This document shows, piece by piece, positions 26,722 to 34,789 of a DNA stretch of 64,000 nt (positions are counted from its first letter, which is position 1; every line of letters begins with the position of its first letter). The stretch spans positions 29,976 to 93,975 of the forward strand of contig CAZZCN010000003.1 of NCBI GenBank assembly GCA_964652975.1. Direction: 5' to 3'. Both the position numbers and the translations under genes were made by a program. The notes beneath the pieces are model-generated. The model made no database searches, was not told the origin of the DNA, and was given only the letters and a program-made list of their open reading frames with translations. This stretch comes from an uncultured Oscillospiraceae bacterium (GTDB lineage: Bacteria; Bacillota; Clostridia; Saccharofermentanales; UBA5734).

Positions 26722-28155
26722 TTAGTAAATCTTACCCTCCGGCAGTCCTTTTGCGATTTCGTCAGCCAGATCATACAGGTGACCGAATCTCTCCGCAATT
26801 CGCAGGATTGTGAACTTTGGGCGAACCTCCTTGCCGTGGGCTATGGCGTCGTAAGTCTCTGATACTGTGTAGCCAAGCTGATGAGGGTACACAGGGCCTC
26901 CCATTGCTTCTATCATGGCTTTGTAGCTTGGTAGGAGCAGAGGAATTGTCTTTACAAAATCAATTCCGTAGGTGTTCATTGATTGCTGCAAAACTAGTTT
27001 CTGATCCTCCCATTTCTTACCCTGGGGAGGCTCGGATTCGTTTCGCGAAATGGCCTCGTCTGCAATACTGCCATACACTCTTCTAATTTCGCTTTTCCAC
27101 TTTTCGGTAGGCATTATCGGCCTTTGTTCGGGCATGGCAAGGCTTAGAGAAGATGTGGCAAGGCTTTGAGATGGCGTAAACTGTCCAAAAAGTCTATAGT
27201 ACATATAAAGTGATATCAATGTTCCTATACCGACCTTGTCGCCGTGAAGACTGCCGGTTTTTCCGGTTCGTACGTCCTTCATTTCGAGCAAATGTGAAAT
27301 CTGATGTTCGGCGCCGGATGCAGGTCTTGTTGTGCCCATCATCTGCATGGCGATTCCGGTGAGGGATAAGACCTGCATTAGTTTGCCGCAGGCGTCGGGG
27401 TCCGCTTTGGCAAGCTCGTCGGATAGTGCCGTGCACTCGTACACGGCCTTTTCGACGAGAGTGGCGATAAGCGGACAGTAGGGCTCCCCCTCGACGTCAT
27501 AGGCCAGTCTCCAGTCTATGACGGCGATGATCTTGGCGAGCACGTCGCCGAAGCCGGCAGCTGTCATTTTGCGAGGCGCGCTCGCCAGGATCTCGGTATC
27601 TGCGAAGATACCGAGGGGAGCCCGCCCCGGGTACGACGTCTTGAATCCGTCCACCATGATCGGCGAGGACGAAGACGCGTACCCGTCCATCGACGCCGCA
27701 GTCCCGAACGCGACAAACGGCTTACCCATCATAAACGATGTGAAACGAACCGTATCAGTTATTGTCCCGCTTCCGCAGGACACCAGAAAGTCCACAGGTT
27801 CCTGCATAGCGATCAGTAATCTCCCTATGGCAGCGGAATCCGCGTGTAAATCGTCCCGCATAAAAACGAATTTGGAGGGATTATATTTTTTTAAGGATTC
27901 TAAAAGTCTCTCACCTGCGATTTCATATGTGTTTTTATCAAAAACAACCAGGCATTTTCCTGAAATTTCCAGTCCTTCTAATTCTTCACCAACGGAATCA
28001 ACAAGTCCTTTACGCAAAACAAGCTTTTGTGTAACCATTGTATGGCGTTTGCCGCACTCCGGGCAAATGAATGACTTGCCCATCAGGTCCTCAACGATTT
28101 CAGACACGCTCCAGCCCTGCCATTTTTCAAATTCCGGTTTTGTATTTTCTCCCAT
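26722..28155 (-). CDS. sn-glycerol-1-phosphate dehydrogenase-like (AraM/EgsA family, Fe-ADH superfamily) with N-terminal Zn-ribbon extension
   Basis: 477 aa. 'SCGSGTITDTVRF', 'GTAASMDGYASSSSP' and 'GFGDVLAK' are G1PDH-type motifs. 'CPECGKRH' lies in a ~45-aa N-terminal extension. Confidence 0.65.
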   Translation of the reverse strand: MGENTKPEFEKWQGWSVSEIVEDLMGKSFICPECGKRHTMVTQKLVLRKGLVDSVGEELEGLEISGKCLVVFDKNTYEIAGERLLESLKKYNPSKFVFMRDDLHADSAAIGRLLIAMQEPVDFLVSCGSGTITDTVRFTSFMMGKPFVAFGTAASMDGYASSSSPIMVDGFKTSYPGRAPLGIFADTEILASAPRKMTAAGFGDVLAKIIAVIDWRLAYDVEGEPYCPLIATLVEKAVYECTALSDELAKADPDACGKLMQVLSLTGIAMQMMGTTRPASGAEHQISHLLEMKDVRTGKTGSLHGDKVGIGTLISLYMYYRLFGQFTPSQSLATSSLSLAMPEQRPIMPTEKWKSEIRRVYGSIADEAISRNESEPPQGKKWEDQKLVLQQSMNTYGIDFVKTIPLLLPSYKAMIEAMGGPVYPHQLGYTVSETYDAIAHGKEVRPKFTILRIAERFGHLYDLADEIAKGLPEGKIY

Positions 28156-28453
28156 GACTAATCCCCCATCAAAAAGTATTAATAATCAAAATTATAATCT
28201 TTAACACTCAAATTTATCAGTATCTATTATATTGTAAATTTTTAGAAAAATCATGTGCTAGAATTTTCTGATATGTTTTAATAACTTTGCAATTCCCAAG
28301 CCCTTCAAATTGAACCAGTTTTCATTAAATAGTGTCTGGATAGAAAAATCACGTGATACAAGTTCTCTAGTCCGTAAATTATATGGAAAAGCGCGTGACA
28401 CTTTACGTGTCTGCCAACACTGCTATTGTTGGCAAGCGGTTTTCTCAAGCTCT

Positions 28454-28495
28454 AATAGTTTGAATGGCGCATATATATGTGCCATTCAAACTATT
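28454..28495. other. 42-nt hairpin with a perfect 15-bp stem in a divergent promoter region
   Basis: AATAGTTTGAATGGC-GCATATATATGT-GCCATTCAAACTATT. Confidence 0.7.
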
Positions 28496-28637
28496 AAAGT
28501 ATTATAACACAACGTTTATTACGATAAATAATGTTTTTGCCATTTCATATTGCTTTTGGCGTCAAAAATGTTTATGATATTGTTTACAGCATTTACAGAA
28601 AGCTGTATGCAAAAACAAATTGAGGAAGTGAATCAAG

Positions 28638-29519
28638 ATGTACGATATAATAATCATTGGCAAGGGACCGGCGGGAATTTCCGCGGCGATTTACGGGGTA
28701 AGGGCCAACAGAAAGGTTCTTGTTATAGCAAAGGATTTTGGCTGGCTCGCCAAGACCGACAAAATCGAAAATTACTATGGTTTTGAGAATCCGATTTCAG
28801 GCATGGATCTTCTCACAGCAGGCATAAAGCAGGCCGAGAGACTTGGTGTTGAGTTTGCTGACGGAGAAGTCGTCGGAATTGAGAATTATGACGGGTTCAA
28901 GGTCAAAACCCTTGGTGCGGAATTTGAATCAAAAGCAGTCATTCTGGCCACCGGTATGCCACGCAAAAAGTCCCAGATCAAAAATCTTACAGATTACGAG
29001 GGTCGCGGAGTCGGATATTGCGCCATATGTGATGCGTTTTTCTACAGAGGCAAGGCTGTTGCTGTTGCAGGCAATGCTGATTATGCCTATGAGGAGGCAT
29101 CGGAGCTTTTGCCTTTCACCAAAAATTTGACCATCTATACAAACGGCCGTGAATACACAGGAACTGCTCATACGACTGATAATTTCGATGAAAATATCAA
29201 ACTCGACAAAAGAAAAATCGACCATCTCGAAGGCGAAGAAAAACTTGAGCGAATCGTTTTTGACGATGGAAGCTTTGCCTTGACGGATGGGTTTTTCGTA
29301 GCGGAAGGAACTGCAGGAGCGATGGATTTTGCCTACAAGCTAGGTCTCGAAAACGACGGAAAGACAATCAAGGTTGCGAAGAACCAAAGCACTAATGTTC
29401 CCGGATTCTTTGCTGCAGGCGACTGTGTCGGAGGTATACTGCAGATCAGCGTAGCTGTTAGCGAAGGTGCGACTGCGGGTTTATCGGCGATTGAATTTTT
29501 AAAACAATCTGAAAAGTAA
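28638..29519 (+). CDS. thioredoxin-disulfide reductase-like FAD/NAD(P) oxidoreductase
   Basis: 293 aa. It has 'IIIIGKGPAGISAAIY', the redox pair 'CAIC' and 'GFFAAGDC'. The RBS is GAGGAAG. Confidence 0.75.
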   Translation: MYDIIIIGKGPAGISAAIYGVRANRKVLVIAKDFGWLAKTDKIENYYGFENPISGMDLLTAGIKQAERLGVEFADGEVVGIENYDGFKVKTLGAEFESKAVILATGMPRKKSQIKNLTDYEGRGVGYCAICDAFFYRGKAVAVAGNADYAYEEASELLPFTKNLTIYTNGREYTGTAHTTDNFDENIKLDKRKIDHLEGEEKLERIVFDDGSFALTDGFFVAEGTAGAMDFAYKLGLENDGKTIKVAKNQSTNVPGFFAAGDCVGGILQISVAVSEGATAGLSAIEFLKQSEK

Positions 29520-29618
29520 ATTTTCAGACCAGGGAAGATCTCCTATGCAATGCAAAATACATAGAATGATAAAATATAATTTTATCGCTCTGCACTGTAT
29601 ATGAGATGCAGTTTTGAT

Positions 29619-29717
29619 CCAGCCGAATCAGTTATGACTTGAAGAATCGCCCCAGCCTAATAAGTCATGGCTTGAAAATTCTGCCCAGCCGAATCATTTA
29701 TGACTTGAAAATTAGGC
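29619..29717. repeat. three tandem 33-bp repeats
   Basis: CCAGCCGAATCAGTTATGACTTGAAGAATCGCC / CCAGCCTAATAAGTCATGGCTTGAAAATTCTGC / CCAGCCGAATCATTTATGACTTGAAAATTAGGC. Confidence 0.9.
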
Positions 29718-29740
29718 TGTACGAAGCAAATAAAATGTCC

Positions 29741-29812
29741 CAACAACAACAATAACAATAATAATAATAATAATAATAATAGTAATAGTAATAGTAATAG
29801 TAATAAAATATA
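29741..29812. repeat. compound trinucleotide microsatellite (AAC)3..(AAT)8(AGTAAT)4
   Basis: About 24 consecutive AAY/AGT triplets, ending ~14 nt upstream of the UDG start codon and abutting its RBS (AAGGATGG). Confidence 0.9.
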
Positions 29813-29825
29813 AGGATGGTATAAA

Positions 29826-30437
29826 ATGTCAGACAAATTAACCTGGTCGGATTTTATAGATGAATGCAAAAACTGTCAGAAATGCGGTCTTGCCGCAACA
29901 AGGCAGAACGTTGTCGTATATCGTGGAAGTGTAAGAGCTCCGCTCATGTTTATAGGTGAAGCCCCTGGTGCACAGGAGGATGAGCAGGGAATGCCTTTTG
30001 TCGGAGCGGCGGGGAAGCTTCTCGACCTTTTGCTGACAGCCAATGCAATCCCTCCGGAGTCTTATCATATTTGCAATATAGTAAAATGCCGCCCACCCGA
30101 AAACCGTGTCCCCACGCCTGACGAATCCAAGGCCTGCAAGACCTTGCTTGCTACCCAGTTCAAGTTTGTAAAGCCACGTATCATAGTGCTTCTGGGAGCT
30201 ACTGCATACAAGAATTTTACCGGTTCCACAGAAGGCATAACTAAAATCCGTGGTGAATGGATTGAGAAAAGCGGCTATCTTATCATGCCGACTCTCCACC
30301 CTGCTTATATACTGAGGAATAATAACGAGAGAATCTCGCTTTGGAACGACCTCGAAAAAGTAAGGGCCAAAATGGAGGAACTCGGGTTCCTCGAACCGCT
30401 CCCCCTTCCACCTGCAATGCCAACGGCAAGAAAATAA
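29826..30437 (+). CDS. uracil-DNA glycosylase, family 4 (Fe-S type)
   Basis: 203 aa. Motifs: 'GEAPGAQEDEQGMPFVG', 'NIVKCRPPENR', 'HPAYILRN' and N-terminal 'CKNCQKC'. Confidence 0.85.
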   Translation: MSDKLTWSDFIDECKNCQKCGLAATRQNVVVYRGSVRAPLMFIGEAPGAQEDEQGMPFVGAAGKLLDLLLTANAIPPESYHICNIVKCRPPENRVPTPDESKACKTLLATQFKFVKPRIIVLLGATAYKNFTGSTEGITKIRGEWIEKSGYLIMPTLHPAYILRNNNERISLWNDLEKVRAKMEELGFLEPLPLPPAMPTARK

Positions 30438-30442
30438 TGTTA

Positions 30443-30466
30443 AAAGGGACACAATCGTGTCCCTTT
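30443..30466. terminator. bidirectional terminator between convergent genes
   Basis: AAAGGGACAC-AATC-GTGTCCCTTT, with A/T runs on both sides. Confidence 0.7.
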
Positions 30467-30472
30467 CGCATT

Positions 30473-31546
30473 TTACAAAAACTTCGACATCTCACCCGGC
30501 TTTTCGCCACGTAATTCACGGACTATCCGCACCATGTTGAGATATCCTTCAACAGGCACATAATCAGGTATTGAGTTTCCTGAGCCGAATGCAAACCCAC
30601 CGTGTCCTTTGCACTTGGAAACGACTGAATGTATGTATTCTTTCATTTCAGCATAATTCAGCCTGCAAACCGCATCGGTGTCTATGCCACCGAAATTTCC
30701 TATCCTGTCACCGTACTTTTCGACCCAGTATGGGAACGGTGCAATCTGGTCTTCGTTTGAGTGCTTGGCATCTATTTTGGCTACTGTAATCAAGTCCTCC
30801 ATCACGTCGAAAATGCATCCGCAGGAATGCAGAAGAAAGGGCATCTCTGCAGCATGTACCAGTTCAATTATGCGTTTGTATTGCGGAATGATAAATGCTT
30901 TAACATCCGGGGTTTTCAGCAGAGTGCTGCTTTTGAATCCTAGATCGTCTCCGAATCTCAGAACACAGTAAATGTCCGAATATTTCTCAATAAATTTCTG
31001 CCAAATGATAGAACTGACATCCCCTATCTTCTTAAACAGGTCTTGGTAGAGGGAAGGATCGTCTTCGGCAATATAGCAAAGGTCCATAAATCCTACGATA
31101 TCCTGTACGCTCTCAAAAATTCCATTCCCAGGTCCACCGATACATTTCATTCCGACGGGCATTGTCTCTCGCAGCGCCTCATAAAACAATGTGTATGCTT
31201 TAAAAAACAAATCCGGAATCTCATCCCACGGGTAACGGTCAAAATCCTCGCGTGTCTTGATAACTCCGTCCTTGTGGCCACCCAGTGCTCCGCTACCCGG
31301 CATGATAGGCCCGATGCAGGTTTCGTAAGAAACCGTGTCGTATCCCATTTCCAAAAAGAAACGGTTATAATTTCTAAAAAATTCTTTCTTTGACTCGTAA
31401 TCGCCAAAATACAGTTCAGCGAACTTGCAATCCATGACTTTTTCCATAATTCCCGGGCTGATATAGTGTTCGTACAACGGGAGACGAACTGCTTCAATGT
31501 TCTTTGCGGCATTAAGTATGTTGTTGTAATCCGGTTGAAATTTCAT
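30473..31546 (-). CDS. uroporphyrinogen decarboxylase (URO-D/MtaA-like) family protein
   Basis: 357 aa. 'PFLLHSCGCIFDV' fits the HxCG metal-site region of URO-D/MtaA-type TIM barrels. No corrinoid-protein gene is adjacent. Confidence 0.6.
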   Translation of the reverse strand: MKFQPDYNNILNAAKNIEAVRLPLYEHYISPGIMEKVMDCKFAELYFGDYESKKEFFRNYNRFFLEMGYDTVSYETCIGPIMPGSGALGGHKDGVIKTREDFDRYPWDEIPDLFFKAYTLFYEALRETMPVGMKCIGGPGNGIFESVQDIVGFMDLCYIAEDDPSLYQDLFKKIGDVSSIIWQKFIEKYSDIYCVLRFGDDLGFKSSTLLKTPDVKAFIIPQYKRIIELVHAAEMPFLLHSCGCIFDVMEDLITVAKIDAKHSNEDQIAPFPYWVEKYGDRIGNFGGIDTDAVCRLNYAEMKEYIHSVVSKCKGHGGFAFGSGNSIPDYVPVEGYLNMVRIVRELRGEKPGEMSKFL

Positions 31547-31778
31547 TTTGGTTCCTCCTCGTAAAATCGATTCAGTTTAGCTGACAATGTTAGGGTTGTA
31601 TGCTAATGTGTTTGTATGATAGTGTGGCTGATAGTATTTTCGCGAGTATGTTTTAAATACGGCTGTTATTAATTACAATATAAACGAATTCAACCGTTTT
31701 TTATACCGAAATTATTTACACAAACATGTCAAAAATTTACTTTTTTATCTGAAGATATAAATCAGCTTGCTATGTGAA

Positions 31779-32690
31779 TCAGTGCAATGACTGGATGAAC
31801 TTTCGAGGTGAGTATCCACGCACTTTTTTGTAGCTTTTACTGAAAATCGAACTGTTGCCAAAACCCGTCTCCAGTGCTGCCCCAGTGACTGTCTGGTCAC
31901 CTTCGATCATTCTTCTCTCCGCTTCGCAAATCCTTATATACGACAGGAATTCATGAAATCCCTTTCCGGTATGTTTTTTGAAATATCTTGAAAAATATGA
32001 ATAGTTGAAATTGAGCTGCAAAGCCGCCGATTTTAGGTCAAAGTCCGCTTTGAGTGCATTGTCTTCAATAAATTTAAGCATGCTCGTAAGGGATTTGTTT
32101 TTGACATAATCCTGCTTAAGCAGCACATTCGGTACAACCAGCAAATTAAGTCTTATCAGAAAAGATATCATCACGGAGATGTATCCTTTAATGGCAATTT
32201 CGAAACTAAGCTCTTTTTTGAGGTATTCTTCAAGTAAAAATGAAGAAATGGTTTTCATCGGTTCGAGATATGGAGTTCCGCCCAGGCTTTTCATCGGTGA
32301 AATATTTATATTCAAAAACGAGGTTATGTATATGGATTCAAATGAATTGGTGTAAATTGAATCAATGAATTCCGGCAGAAATTTGATAACCATGATTTTT
32401 ACATCGTCTTCCGGCTCGCAAAAAGTCGAGTGAACATCGCCCCTCTTGATAATTATAAGGTCGTTTTCGTTTATCTGGAATTTTTGGCGGTTAATCGTCT
32501 GCTCGGCGCTTCCCTTTACTACAAAAAGAATTTCAAAGCAGTCATGCCAGTGGGGAGCCACGGTGAAATGCGAGGAAAGGTTGTCCTGAAGCAAAATTTC
32601 AACTGCTATCGGACTTTGAAAATTCAATATGTCTTCGCAAAAAGATTCTATCTTGTTGTCGATCAAAATTTTCTTGTCATGTTGGCTCAT
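31779..32690 (-). CDS. AraC family transcriptional regulator
   Basis: 303 aa with a cupin-like N-terminus ('HWHDCFEILFVVKGS') and a C-terminal HTH 'GFGNSSIFSKSYKKVRGYSPRKF'. Confidence 0.85.
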   Translation of the reverse strand: MSQHDKKILIDNKIESFCEDILNFQSPIAVEILLQDNLSSHFTVAPHWHDCFEILFVVKGSAEQTINRQKFQINENDLIIIKRGDVHSTFCEPEDDVKIMVIKFLPEFIDSIYTNSFESIYITSFLNINISPMKSLGGTPYLEPMKTISSFLLEEYLKKELSFEIAIKGYISVMISFLIRLNLLVVPNVLLKQDYVKNKSLTSMLKFIEDNALKADFDLKSAALQLNFNYSYFSRYFKKHTGKGFHEFLSYIRICEAERRMIEGDQTVTGAALETGFGNSSIFSKSYKKVRGYSPRKFIQSLH

Positions 32691-32808
32691 TATCTATACC
32701 CTTCTCAAAATATTTACGGTGCTAAAAACACTAATATTTTTTAGTATATTATAAATATTTATTGTTTCAGGTTGTTGGAAAAATTTCTCAAGACTAGGCG
32801 ATGGTATT

Positions 32809-32890
32809 TTCAAATGAGAGGCGCAACGCTAAAACAAAAGTTTTAGCGTGTGAAAATCTGCAAGTAGCAGATTTTCTTTTGCATTTTCAT
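32809..32890 (+). repeat. dispersed hairpin-cluster repeat family 2, copy 1
   Basis: TTCAAATGAGAGGCGCAA, then hairpin CGCTAAAAC/GTTTTAGCG, then hairpin GAAAATCTGC/GCAGATTTTC, then TTTTGCATTT. The homologous copy is at 60814..60897. Confidence 0.8.
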
Positions 32891-32956
32891 ATGTTACTAA
32901 TTCCAACTTTTCACCGACGCCATATAGATAAAACAAAAGTTTTAGCTACTGGAGTT

Positions 32957-34192
32957 TTAATACAATCTTCTAACGGAAACAACTGATGAGCGCAAGGCAG
33001 CGTCCCCATCCAAACTGACAATTCGCACCGTGGATTTTGTTTTGCGCGACATCATCACCTGTCCTTCTCCGACAACTATTCCCATCTCGGAGATAGTTCC
33101 GCTTTTTGAAGTACCGTCGCCAAAAAATATCAGGTCGCCCTGCTGAAGCAGTTCGTAATTCAGCATCTTGGTCTGCGCGTCGAATTGTACGGTTACCGCC
33201 TTGCCCGCCTTGCTTTGAGCTACTTTGTCCCTGGGTAGTGCGACTCCGTTAATCATTGCACACACAAACGCTATGCCGTCAGATGATGCTCCATTTGCCG
33301 TGATTCCACCTTCAACATATGTTGTGTTATTAAAGGATAGGGCTGTCTCGTAGAAGTTTTTTGCACTGCTCTTTTTGATTGATTCGTCGACTTTCAGCTT
33401 GACAATGCCGCTTGCACTTATCCAACCGTAGGTTTTATCAGGCAAAACAACCCTGTAAACATTACTGCTTTGAAAATCCGAATAAAGTGTCGTACCCATA
33501 ACTACTTCCATTACCAGTGAACCATTGCTTGAATGGCTCATGACTCTTTTGGATTTGGTGACTACGATTATCTTGTTTGAGTAAAGCGAGGGTTCTACAC
33601 TCTCAGTGTTGGAAGTCACGTCTTTTTCGATTACATATCCCTTGGTTCCGTCAGCAGCTGTCATATTCAAAAACCCATAAGTTTTGCGGTCCGTAATTTT
33701 GATTACATCATTATATAAAAGCTGTGTCACCCTTGCGGATCTAATATCAGGAGTTATAAAAACATCAATTGTCTGCTTGCTTACAACTGCGTAATCGGCT
33801 GACTTGTATAATAAATCGGATGCTTTGTCATTGTCGTCCTTTTGTACAAACCTGCTCATTACCGCATTCAAAATCATCGGTCCTGTCCAGAAAACAAGCA
33901 GCAAAATCATTATGGTTAGGACAACAGGAATAATCCAGGCTGGTCTGCTCTTCGTACGGTATGTGTCGATATACAAGTCCTTGTCGCCTATAAATGGTAT
34001 CTTGCTCTTTTTGCTATCACTTGCATCTGAGCTCTTAAAAGGATCTGTATTTACACCGCCGCCAAAAAATCCGGATATTCTGTTGTTACGCTTGCTTTTG
34101 CGTTTAGAACCGGATTGATTGTAGATATTGTATTTTTTGCTTTTAAAGGGATTCGATTTCAAGTTTTCGCCTCTTTTTCGCTGATAACACAC
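32957..34192 (-). CDS. membrane-anchored SH3b / NlpC-P60-like protein (catalytic Cys/His not evident)
   Basis: 411 aa with a basic N-terminus and one TM segment ('WIIPVVLTIMILLLVFW'). The C-terminal 'LQQGDLIFFGDG' is P60-like, but the usual DCSG and HVGIY motifs are absent. The start overlaps acpS by 34 nt and is uncertain. Confidence 0.45.
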   Translation of the reverse strand: MCYQRKRGENLKSNPFKSKKYNIYNQSGSKRKSKRNNRISGFFGGGVNTDPFKSSDASDSKKSKIPFIGDKDLYIDTYRTKSRPAWIIPVVLTIMILLLVFWTGPMILNAVMSRFVQKDDNDKASDLLYKSADYAVVSKQTIDVFITPDIRSARVTQLLYNDVIKITDRKTYGFLNMTAADGTKGYVIEKDVTSNTESVEPSLYSNKIIVVTKSKRVMSHSSNGSLVMEVVMGTTLYSDFQSSNVYRVVLPDKTYGWISASGIVKLKVDESIKKSSAKNFYETALSFNNTTYVEGGITANGASSDGIAFVCAMINGVALPRDKVAQSKAGKAVTVQFDAQTKMLNYELLQQGDLIFFGDGTSKSGTISEMGIVVGEGQVMMSRKTKSTVRIVSLDGDAALRSSVVSVRRLY

Positions 34193-34572
34193 ATGGCAAC
34201 AGCAGTTTCTTCAGTGTGGGAAAGGCTTATGGAAATTTCTGCGTAATTGCTTTTTTCAAAAAATTCCTTCGTCGTTCCGTATAAAACGATAAAGGGTGCA
34301 CCATATTTTCCTTTTTGAATTTCTATCTCCTCGAAGTTTACCCCGTCTCGGCCGAATCCTGTTCCGAAAGCCTTGCTTACAGCTTCTTTTGCTGCGTATC
34401 TTCCTGCCAGCGAATCAACTCTGACAGAGCCGTCACTTCTCGTGCAGTCTTTGATCTCGGATGCCGTCCAGATTCTGGACAGATTATCCGTTCCCCGTCT
34501 TTCGAGCAATTTTGCTATTCGATCCAAAGATACGATATCAATTCCGCATTTCAAACAGGACACCCCATACAA
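34159..34572 (-). CDS. acpS: holo-[acyl-carrier-protein] synthase
   Basis: 137 aa. Motifs: 'CGIDIVSLDRI', 'AGRYAAKEAVSKA' and 'ISLSHTEETAVA'. Confidence 0.85.
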   Translation of the reverse strand: MYGVSCLKCGIDIVSLDRIAKLLERRGTDNLSRIWTASEIKDCTRSDGSVRVDSLAGRYAAKEAVSKAFGTGFGRDGVNFEEIEIQKGKYGAPFIVLYGTTKEFFEKSNYAEISISLSHTEETAVAMCVISEKEAKT

Positions 34573-34665
34573 ACTCTTAGATATTCTTCATTTCTTTTAC
34601 AATGATGATTATTAATGCTATTAAACCAATTCTGTTACTATTTTACATTTTAGTTTTAGGTCATA

Positions 34666-34789
34666 GTTGAATTTATATTTTTTCATTTTGCGACAAACAT
34701 TGTGCCTTCCATTTCGCCGCTCATGTTGAATTTATGTCTTTATCTTTTCATTTTGCGACAAACATTGTGCCTTTCATTTCGCCGCTCAT
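34666..34789. repeat. tandem duplication (~59 + ~65 bp) of the proB 3' end
   Basis: GTTGAATTTAT..TTTTCATTTTGCGACAAACATTGTGCCTT[CT]CATTTCGCCGCTCAT occurs twice. The second copy contains the real proB stop and last 14 codons. Confidence 0.85.

Noticed and set aside
29657-29869. 70-aa minus-strand ORF with a 27-residue poly-Leu run
   Set aside because: It is simply the TTA/TTG reading of the trinucleotide microsatellite. It also overlaps the UDG start, has no RBS, and has no plausible protein character.
29838-30452. 204-aa minus-strand ORF, almost exactly antisense to the UDG gene
   Set aside because: The + strand product carries every family-4 UDG motif. The antisense product has no recognisable features.
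32801-32986. 61-aa + strand ORF in the AraC / P60-like intergenic region
   Set aside because: It is composed of the family-2 hairpins. The homologous copy at 60814 is interrupted by stops in the same frame.
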